This document shows, piece after piece, positions 33,661-43,155 of a stretch of 43,155 nt of DNA. Below the pieces are notes generated by a model, which was not told the origin of the DNA, did not search any database, and was given only the letters and a program-made list of their open reading frames with translations. The first letter of the stretch is position 1. The number at the start of each line of letters is the position of its first letter. Source of the DNA: Octopus bimaculoides. Taxonomy: Eukaryota. The position numbers and the translations under genes were made by a program. The stretch lies in the NCBI RefSeq assembly GCF_001194135.2, contig NC_068988.1, positions 81,191,125 to 81,234,279 on the forward strand. Direction: 5' to 3'.

Positions 33661-33890
33661 ATTCCGAGTTCGATTCCAAGCAGTGACCTGAACAATAATA
33701 ATAATAGTAATAATAATAATAATAATAATAACATCGAAAAATACATTAGGAATGAGAACCCAGGTTTGAAATTTCAGCTGAAGAAGGCTGGAGGGTATAT
33801 CAGCCAAAACATGTTAACAACAAACAAGATGAGGACAAATATCCGTTGAATGTAAATAATGCACATAATTCCTCATCTCTTAAATATAGA
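33661..33890 (+). mobile_element. Penelope-like terminal-repeat fragment with (AAT)n and a hammerhead-like motif
   Basis: Contains CTGAAGA A GGCTG-GAGGGTATAT-CAGCC AAAAC ATGTT; PLE assignment inferred from the motif. Confidence 0.5.
33778..33815 (+). ncRNA. Degenerate hammerhead motif (core G12 mutated)
   Basis: CTGAAGA (33778-33784), perfect 5-bp stem II GGCTG/CAGCC, AAAA in place of GAAA, palindromic ACATGT stem III; no stem I partner seen. Confidence 0.5.
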
Positions 33891-33904
33891 ACTGCATTAA
33901 CTAG

Positions 33905-34592
33905 CAGAGAAGCAAACTGGGTCAATGGATTCCAATGTGCACAGAAAGTGAATGTATGCTCTTCTTTGCTGTCATGTCTCATGAATAAACCTTTTTTGGG
34001 CTGAATAGTGACTGGTGATGAGAAATGGGTTCTCTATAAAAATGTCAAGCACCAAAGACAGTGGGTAGGGAAAGGAGAAACACCGGTACCCCAGGCTAAA
34101 GAAGGTCTTCATCTACATAAGGTATTGTTATCTGTTTGGTGGGATATGAAAGGTTTAGTCCAAAACCAAACGATATGGTTTCAATGCTGGAAGAAAAATG
34201 ACCATCTTTGGTTTTAAGACGAAAGGTGTTCTTCCATCAAGATAATACTTGACCACATATAGCAAGGATGACATTCCAAAGACTGGAGCAGTTTGAATGG
34301 GAAACAATGCCCCACCTACCACATTCGCTGGACATTGCCCCATCTTACTATCATTTATTCTGCAGTCTTCAAAATCATCTGTAGATGAGGTCAGAACAGT
34401 ACTGGAGGAGTATTTTTCATCATGGACAAGTGAATTTTGGAAGAGGGGGTCTTGCAAGTCTACCAGAGAGATGGAAGAGCATTGTAGAAAATGAAGGAGA
34501 GTATATTTCAGATTAAAAAAGAACTTTGTTTATCTTAATTTTGAAAAATAAATGAAGTATAAAAAGAACCTCATTATTCATGGGATGACCCA
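33905..34592 (+). mobile_element. 5'-truncated mariner, family 2
   Basis: VTGDEKWVLYKN, LLSVWWDMKG, SLDIAPSYYHLF; 3' end CTCATTATTCATGGGATGACCCAA followed by TA; collinear with 38030-38753. Confidence 0.92.
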
Positions 34593-34975
34593 ATACATAC
34601 AAACATACATACATATATGTATCATATTGTTATTATGATGTATTATATATAACATACTGCTTATATACATTACATTGCTATCACACCGTTTGTATACATC
34701 ACATTGCTATTGTAATATATTATCTGTTACATTATAATAGCAAGATAATGCCCATTAGCAATGTATAATAAATTGCATTGTGATAAAAATGAATTATACA
34801 TCACATTTATCGTATTATATATTACATTGCTATTATGATGTGTTGTACATAAATTATAATATAATTCTACTAATATATATATATATTATATTTCTATTAC
34901 AAAGTATCGTAAATAATTATCATATAATATAATGTATTACACACCACATTGCTAATATACATTGCATTCCTTCTA

Positions 34976-36104
34976 CAAAGGTGGTCTGAAAAGTTCCTAG
35001 GAGTGCTGCTGTGAAATCTTGGATGCTTTAATTTCAACACTTATTAATGACTGCATTGTTTCTTTCCAGGAAACTGTTTTCTGACTGTTCAAAGAAGACT
35101 TCAAAAGTAACTATAGCAACAACAGATATGACCTCATCATATACCAGTTACCAGCCAAGTATTTTTTCATGTTGGGGAACAGATGATAGTCAGACGGAGC
35201 CAAATCAGGAGATTTGCAGCCATTGAAACCAAGGACTTGTGTGCTAGAGCACTGTTCTGATGAAACAAGACCCCTTTCATTAGTTTTCCAGGGTGTTTGA
35301 TTTTGATAGCTTTTGTAATTGCCATAGTAAGTTGGCATAGTACTTTCCATTGATAGTGTGGCCTTTTTTAAGATAGTCAATAAACACAATACCTTTAGCA
35401 TCCCCACAAAACTGAGGTCGCTGTCTTCCCTAGAGATGAAACAACCTTGACTTTTGTTGGAGCAGGTGAGAAGGGGTGTTTCCACTGCATGGATTGTTTC
35501 TTTGTCTCTGACTCAAAGTGATGAACTCAACACTCATCCTGGCTTAGGAAGTGCTCAAGGAAACCAACTGGATCTGCCTCAAACAATATCAGATTTTCCT
35601 GTGATATGATCAGCCTGGTGTGCTTTTGATCGGTTGTCCGAATATGTGGCACCTACCAAACAGAAACCTTCATCATGCCAAGTTCATTGTGCAGAATATT
35701 CTCAAATCTCTCATGGGATATGCTAATAGCATTGGCTATCGGATTTATAGTCACTCACCTATCATCTATTCCTTGGGTCATCATCAAGACTCTTTCTTCC
35801 TCTCCTCAATTCAGCTGCCCATTTTTGCACTCTTGATAATGCTAGAGTATCATCCTCTAATGTAGCAACCTTGTCAGCATAAACGTTGTTCAGGGTGAAA
35901 CTCTTTTTCTGGCACCACAGTACCAAATTTTGTCCATTTTTAACAGAAGTCACTACTAGTTATTTTTAAAGTTTCTTTGAACAGTCAGATGGAAAGAAAC
36001 AATGAAGTTATTAATAAGAGGGGTTGAAATTAATGCATGCAAGATTTCACAGTTCTAGTATCATTCCTTATTGGTCAGCTTATGAACCTTTCAGCCCACC
36101 CTTG
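34976..36104 (-). mobile_element. Rearranged mariner, family 1, with two 5' ends
   Basis: Minus-strand transposase remnant (VQKWAAELRRGRKSLDDDPR, SPDLAPSDYHLFPNMKKYLAG); 5' TIR at about 36075-36104; the other end (34976-35113) is an inverted copy of the 5' TIR and leader. Confidence 0.88.
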
Positions 36105-36774
36105 CATACAACAGAAATATAGAGCAATAACGATGTTCATAATTCATTTTCTTTGACTGATACATATGGTATGAGCATTAAAAAATGGAACCAATTTCAG
36201 AACATGAAATTGGCTCCATTTCCAATATAGGAAACGGTGAACAAAATTCTCATTGATATTGTGAACAACAATTAAAGCAACATTGAATTAAAATAGCTAT
36301 CTACATATCATACTTCACACACACACACACATCAAGGTTTAAACTCTTATATTCATCTGGGTTTTAAGAGACTGTCAGCTAACAGTTTCAGATTTGAATG
36401 TGGATGAAATTTTAACCATGAACAAGAGTTCCCCACCCCTATTCTACTGTTTCTAGCACTCTGCTGCCTCTAATGAGGTCTAGTATAGTTTAGTTTTGTT
36501 TTTAATGGTTTAGTGAGATGAGGAATAGGCTGCATTAACATCTATGTTCAGGTTCTCTAAGACAGGTACGAGAAAGGGAAGTAGTAATCCTTAGACCCAC
36601 TAAAGGGACCCAAAGCTCCAGGTGGAAGCTTTATGGTGGTACTATGGGTGATGGATAAGTAATTTAGGAAAACATAAACAAGGATTTCTGAATTTATACC
36701 TTTCTAAAGGATATCACCAAAATGTTGTTTATTTCTAATAAATGTTTCAAGGCCGGAGATTCTGGAGTGAGATC

Positions 36775-36920
36775 GTTAGTTGACAGGCGACTTCATTTTA
36801 TCAACCCCAGGAAGGATGAAACGAAAAGTTGACCAGGATTTGAACTCTGGATTTAAGGAGTGGGAGTAAATACTACAAGACATTTCTTCTGATTCTCTAG
36901 CAATTCTGTCAATCTACCAC
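36775..36920 (-). mobile_element. Family A SINE, inverted
   Basis: TTTTATCAACCCCAGGAAGGATGAAACGAAAAGTTGACCAGGATTTGAACTC..CAATTCTGTCAATCTACC. Confidence 0.7.
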
Positions 36921-37070
36921 CATTTACCTTTATTTCTGAGGATATAAAAAAAACTAAATAACTGGACTGAAATAACTTATAGTATACGTGCAGTAGGAAT
37001 ATATACGTACAACAAGTTATCATACATTACCACAGATTATTATAAATAGAGTAAGTTAAAATATATTTAG

Positions 37071-37133
<63 letters not shown>

Positions 37134-37469
37134 ATTAAGGCTACCATTAGTTTCATGTTAAGCTTAACAAGTATCAACATTGTAGATACTGTTTTAATCC
37201 AAAATGGAGTTAAATACTGATGTTCTATGTAGCAAGCTTGATAATTGTTAAGGGATTTCTCTTTCAACATGAAACCAATAGTAACCTTAATCATGGTTCA
37301 ATAGGTTAATATGTAACCAACAGTATACATACAGAAGGTTAATCTACATACAATAATTTACAGTAATAAATAGTGTACATACAGCACGTTAATTATGTTA
37401 ATCTACATATGGTTACACATACAGTTGATAAATACATATATACAATATACACACCATAGGTTAATTATA

Positions 37470-38753
37470 TTGCATCATCCCATAAATAACGCGTTTTTTC
37501 AATTGCATGAACTTAAAGTCAGAGGGAGACGGGATAAACTACTTGCATCAACTTGCAATAAAAGCAGGTAATAATTTTACCTTGTCCTTATTCTTAATGC
37601 AAGTTTTGAAGAGTGCAGTTCGATTTTAACAGTTATTTTTTCAAAGCTATAATGGAAGTTTCAAAGGAGCATATGCAGTATATTTTGCTTTATGAGTTCA
37701 ATAAAGGCAACAATGGAACGGAAAGTGCAAGGAATATTAATGCAGTAAATGGGGATCGGACAATAAGCATAAGCCAGTAACAACAGTGGTTCCAGAAATT
37801 CCAAGCTGCAAACTACAGCCTAGAAGATGAGCCTTGTCCTGAAAGATCTGCAGAGCTCGACGAGGACATCCTGCAAACCCTGGTGGAACAAAATCCCATT
37901 GTAAGTGTTAAGGAACTAGCAAAGAAGCTTGGATTTGGTCATTCAACCATTCATTGACACCTGTGTGCCATTGGAAAAGTCAACAAATTGAGTCAGTAGG
38001 TTCCTCACAAACTTTCCAAGTCTGATCAAGTGCAGAAAGTGAATGTATGCTCTTCTTTGCTGTAACATCTCATGAAAAAACCTTTTTGGACTGAATAGTG
38101 ACTGATGATGAAAAATGGGCTCTCTATAAAAATGTCAAGTGCTGAAGACAGTGGGTAGGGAAAGGAGAAACACCAGCACCCTAGGCTAGAGAAGGTCTTC
38201 ACCCACATAAGGTACTTTTTTCTGTTTGGTGGGATATGAAATGTTTAGTCCACTTTGAACTTTTAACCCCAAACCAAACAATAACAAAGGAGATCTGCTG
38301 CAAGCGGCTAGAGCAGCTTAAGTTAGTGCTAGAAGAAAAACAACCATCTTTGGTTTCAAGACGAAAGGTGTTTTTCCATCAGGATAATGCTTGGCCACAT
38401 ACAGCGAGGATGACATTCCAAAGGCTGGAGCCGTTTGAATGGGAAACAATGCCTCACCCACCATATTCATTGGACATTGCCCATCATATTATTACTCGTA
38501 CCACATTCTTCAAACTCATTTGGACGGAAAATATGAATTCTGTATGTGAGGTCAGAACATTACTGGAGGAGTATTTTTCATCATGGACAAGTGAATTTTG
38601 GAAGAGGGTCCTCGCAAGTCTACCAGATAGATGGAAGATCATTGTAGAGAATGAAGGAGAGTATATTTCAGATTAAAAAAGAACTTTGTTTATCTTAATT
38701 TTGAAAAATAAAAGAAGTATAAAAAAAACTGCATTACTCATGGGATGACCCAA
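37470..38753 (+). mobile_element. Full-length (1284 bp) mariner, family 2 (Hsmar1/cecropia-like TIR), transposase pseudogene
   Basis: TIRs TTGCATCATCCCATAAATAACGCGTTTT and AAAACTGCATTACTCATGGGATGACCCAA, TA on both sides. ATG at 37652 (MEVSKEHMQYILLYEFNKG), *VPHKL, TDDEKW, HQDNAWPH, HPPYSLDIA; stop at 38676; several stops and frameshifts. Confidence 0.95.
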
Positions 38754-38837
38754 TATATACAGTATATATACAATAAGTTAATACATACACAATATTTCAA
38801 TATATATACAATATAAACACAATAGGCTAATATATAC

Positions 38838-38906
<69 letters not shown>

Positions 38907-39962
38907 TAGGTTAATATAGAGACAATATAAGTTAAAATATATTCAGTATACATGCAGTAGGTTAATAAGAAGTTCTAGAAGAAGGAAGCTAAATGATCTT
39001 ACATTTGATTAAGATGTGCTGAAATCAACATAGTCATCTGTCAATATTCATCAGTCAATAACTTCATTCATATCTAGTTTCCATGTGGCTGTAAAGAGAA
39101 AATGATCAATGTTATTTAAGGTAACAGAGAAATGGGGGTAGAGAAAGGTAACATACTACAGAGATAAAAGTATAAATTGAATAAACATGGAGGTTTTTTT
39201 ATTAAAACAGCTGGATACAAACATGCCTGCACTTAGTAACCATGAGTTTTTTTTTTATCATCACTGCATTGCAGCTTGGGTGTTTTCTACCTTGATCTTC
39301 AGCTGAGTTTGGTAGAATTATTGTATAAAATCCTGTTGTGTGTATGTGTATGTGAACATGTGCATGCTTGTGTGCATGTGCATGTGTGTTTATATATATA
39401 TCCATGGATGTTAAATGATAATGGGATGACACAGATACATATAAATACACGCACACATACAGCTGAAGGCTGCTAACAATGGCAAAGAAACTGAAAAACT
39501 AGGATTCTTAAATAATTGAAAACAACCAGACAACGGATAAAATGTTACATTATCATAAATAGAATATAATATATAGAGGGAATGAAATGGTTTGTTGTTT
39601 GTATTAGAATTTTTTTCATGCATTGCGACACAATGGGATTGTTCTTAACAGAGACATCATATTCAGGCAAAACAAGGACAGCTGTGGATACTATATGCAT
39701 ATATGTATACACTGTTTCAGAAGAAGCAATAATTTCAGAAGTACAAAAAAGAAAAAAAGAAAAAAAATCATTTCAAAAAATTTACCAAAATATATTTGAG
39801 TTTAATGAATCAAATAAATTAGCTAATTAGAGTGAAACTGTGATAAAATACCATTGTCTCTTTTGTAGCAGAAAACAGGGAGGCAGCCTATCAGCCAGTG
39901 GAGTGCCAGACCCAATTTCGCATCTTGATTGTAGATATTTTGCTTCATTGAAATACCCCTAA

Positions 39963-40177
39963 CTCTTTAACATTCAGATTACACTGTCAAATATAATGCT
40001 TATTTATTCACATTATTTTGAATAATTAAGCATCATCTCGTTGCTTTGAGATTTTGATGATGTGATGGTTTATTTTTAGAATAACATTATACAGTAGGTG
40101 TGAGAGATCAGATCTGGCTAGTTTTAACAAAGAACAGGTAGAATATTTTGGCTGGATACGGTTTAAATGCTAAAGAG
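39963..40177. mobile_element. piggyBac-like MITE
   Basis: Ends CTCTTTAACATTC and AATGCTAAAGAG are inverted repeats; flanks CTAA and TTGA resemble a decayed TTAA TSD. Confidence 0.6.
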
Positions 40178-40553
40178 TTGATACTTATTTTTAAAACAAT
40201 GAAGAATTTGAAAATGTTCAGTAAAATAAACAGTGGTTTGATTCATAAGCTGGTTTTTGGAAACAATGTGAAAGTTCTCCCATAAAATTATGATAGAAGA
40301 TTTTGAAAGAAATATGAACATTTTAAAACAAAATATTTTGCAATATAAAATCTGGTGTAGACTTTAGGGAATGGTATGAAAATCACATAATCTTGGTTTC
40401 CACACACATTATGACTATAATGCAAATTAATATTTCAAACATTTGTTCTACCTAACTTTTTATAAAATATTCAAATTGGTCACAGATACAAACACACACA
40501 ACCATATATATATATATAATCAAAAAATAAGCAACACGGATTTCAAAGGTGAT

Positions 40554-40642
40554 TGCAGTACGCACGTTTCATGCTACTTCAATTTATTTAAGTAATGCGA
40601 GCATTACCTTAAATGCAATATGAAGAGCAATCTTCAGCTGCA
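40554..40642 (-). ncRNA. Putative type I hammerhead ribozyme with intact catalytic core
   Basis: Minus strand: TGCAG [CTGAAGA] long stem II hairpin [GAAA] CGTGC GTA / CTGCA. Stem I 5 bp; stem III ACG-TG-CGT; predicted cleavage after GUA between 40559 and 40558. Confidence 0.8.
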
Positions 40643-40895
40643 CGAAAAATGCAGAAAAAAATTACTGTAGAAAAGACATATTATAAATGTGGCAACATTT
40701 CAAATCCAAGTGGGAGAGAGAATACATAAAAATCCAAATGTGAGGAAGAAAACATAAGTCCATCTTGCATTTTNNNNNNNNNNNNNNNNNNNNNNNNNNN
40801 NNNNNNNNNNNNNNNNNNNNNNNNNNNNNNNNNNNNNNNNNNNNNNNNNNNNNNNNNNNNNNNNNNNNNNNNNNNNNNNNNNNNNNNNNNNNNNN

Positions 40896-40950
<55 letters not shown>

Positions 40951-40998
40951 ATATAGATATATATGTAAATCAATCAACAGTATGAATATGTGGTAGGG

Positions 40999-41382
40999 CA
41001 CAAGTTCCCAAATGGTGTACTGTGAGATCAACAGAGGGGTGCCGTGAAATATACATACGTATGTGGTATCATGATTGATCATTTAGAGTAAAAAATACGT
41101 TTTCATACTATTTTAACAATAAATATTATTGCCATCTTATATTTTGTATTGTCATCTATTTTATATTTACTGTATACCAACATTGGTGAAATAAAGAAAA
41201 TTTTTTATTATCAATTCCAGGAACATAGTTTTCTTAAACAGATGTTTTTATCCAGGGACAAGGTTTGTTATATTATTGTTGAATCGAAAAACAACTGTCA
41301 TATTAGATTTTCAAATAGGGGTGCCATGGATTTCTAAAAGGCTTGGCAAGGGTGCCTCGAAGGAGAAAAGGTCAGGATACTG
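40999..41382. mobile_element. Possible decayed hAT MITE
   Basis: Left AAGTTCCCAAA..GGGGTGCCGTGAAA and right AAGGGTGCCTCGA..GAAAAGGTCAGGATACTG resemble hAT subterminal ends; no TSD recognisable. Confidence 0.4.
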
Positions 41383-41560
41383 TGCGGAAGAGGAAACATT
41401 TGCAGTAGAAACAAATAAATCCCCTTCCCATGATGTGACATTCTCCACAATTACAAAACAATTTAATATGAACTTCACCATTTCTGACTAAAGTAAATGA
41501 GGCAACTAGAAAGCAATGTAGATGAAACACCCCCAAATTAACTGGATATGTGTGTGTGTT

Positions 41561-41601
<41 letters not shown>

Positions 41602-42267
41602 GAAATATTCAAACACTGAGATTTGAAGTTAGATCTCACTACTGTTCATATCATNNNNNNNNNNNNNNNNNNNNNNNNNNNNNNNNNNNNNNNNNNNNNN
41701 NNNNNNNNNNNNNNNNNNNNNNNNNNNNNNNNNNNNNNNNNNNNNNNNNNNNNNNNNNNNNNNNNNNNNNNNNNNNNNNNNNNNNNNNNNNNNNNNNNNN
41801 NNNNNNNNNNNNNNNNNNNNNNNNNNNNNNNNNNNNNNNNNNNNNNNNNNNNNNNNNNNNNNNNNNNNNNNNNNNNNNNNNNNNNNNNNNNNNNNNNNNN
41901 NNNNNNNNNNNNNNNNNNNNNNNNNNNNNNNNNNNNNNNNNNNNNNNNNNNNNNNNNNNNNNNNNNNNNNNNNNNNNNNNNNNNNNNNNNNNNNNNNNNN
42001 NNNNNNNNNNNNNNNNNNNNNNNNNNNNNNNNNNNNNNNNNNNNNNNNNNNNNNNNNNNNNNNNNNNNNNNNNNNNNNNNNNNNNNNNNNNNNNNNNNNN
42101 NNNNNNNNNNNNNNNNNNNNNNNNNNNNNNNNNNNNNNNNNNNNNNNNNNNNNNNNNNNNNNNNNNNNNNNNNNNNNNNNNNNNNNNNNNNNNNNNNNNN
42201 NNNNNNNNNNNNNNNNNNNNNNNNNNNNNNNNNNNNNNNNNNNNNNNNNNNNNNNNNNNNNNNNNNT

Positions 42268-42302
42268 TTAACGTCCGCTTTCCATGCTAGCATGGGTTGG
42301 AC
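42268..42302 (-). mobile_element. RTE 3' terminal fragment next to a gap
   Basis: TTAACGTCCGCTTTCCATGCTAGCATGGGTTGGA is nearly identical to 32156-32189. Confidence 0.75.
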
Positions 42303-42304
42303 GA

Positions 42305-42343
<39 letters not shown>

Positions 42344-42387
42344 TACAGTTAATTTGGGTTGTTCCAATTACACAGACACACAGACAG

Positions 42388-42422
<35 letters not shown>

Positions 42423-42699
42423 CTTGGAAATGGATGTGTTGCGTTCAATTAAACAATATATAAAATATATATACATATATATAAACATGCATATATGGAT
42501 ACAGGACATCACCAAGGTGCAAATGAAGAAAGTACGTAAACAAAAAGAAGAAATAGAAAACAGGACAAGTTAAAACAGAGAAAGCGCCCTTCATCAGTTG
42601 TTGGCTGTCTATCTAATCCTTATATCGAGCATTCAATGGCAATATGAGTCTTCAAAGACAGTTGCTCCCATGAGTTCTAAAATATTCTATATAAACAAA

Positions 42700-43155
42700 T
42701 CTCTATATATATAAATATATATATACACAACACATATACATAAATATATACTTATATTTAAATACATATATACATAAATATATATAAATATATATATACA
42801 TATTATACATAAATATCTACATACATATATATATACAAATATATATATACAAATATGCATAAATATATATATGCAAATATATATACATATACATATAAAC
42901 ATATATATATATACATATAAACATATATATATATACATATAAACATAAATATATACATACATATAAACATAAATATATACATACATATAAACATAAATAT
43001 ATATATACATATAAACATAAATATATATATACATATAAACATAAATATATATATATACATATAAACATAAATATATATATATACATATAAACATAAATAT
43101 ATATATACATATAAACATAAATATATATATACATATAAACATAAATATATATATA
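42700..43155. repeat. AT-rich minisatellite (ATATATATACATATAAACATAA units, about 20-24 bp)
   Basis: Direct inspection; source of ORFs 42687..43142, 42803..43060 and 42817..43134. Confidence 0.95.

Larger units (their letters stand above)
7034..42267. other. Assembly gaps at 7034-7127, 7757-7856, 15250-15259, 18386-18725, 32460-32860, 40774-40895 and 41655-42267
   Basis: N-runs, most of them bordered by (TA)n microsatellites. Confidence 0.99.

Noticed and set aside
42570-42610. Minus-strand CTGATGA as a further hammerhead
   Set aside because: No stem II/GAAA follows; at most a truncated remnant.

Overview
Eukaryotic, AT-rich, microsatellite-dense draft-assembly DNA with seven N-gaps. The SINE, RTE and Penelope-like repeat families look like those of octopus (inference from repeat content). 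No prokaryotic features, no CRISPR array and no rRNA or true tRNA genes are evident. One well-supported protein-coding exon lies on the minus strand (6108-6765, canonical splice sites, acidic, with an FFAT-like and two TQT motifs); its gene could not be named. Most of the rest is intron-like or intergenic DNA filled with decayed mobile elements: an hAT element with a perfect 8-bp TSD, several mariner and maT elements, RTE LINE fragments, a Penelope-like RT/GIY-YIG remnant, MITEs and many SINEs. The most notable result is a set of hammerhead-ribozyme motifs. One on the minus strand (40554-40642) retains the full catalytic core. Three degenerate ones lie at about 7230, 7585 and 33780, and the first two form a tandem pair just upstream of the Penelope-like remnant. 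All alignments and folds were done by eye, so coordinates of decayed repeats are approximate.
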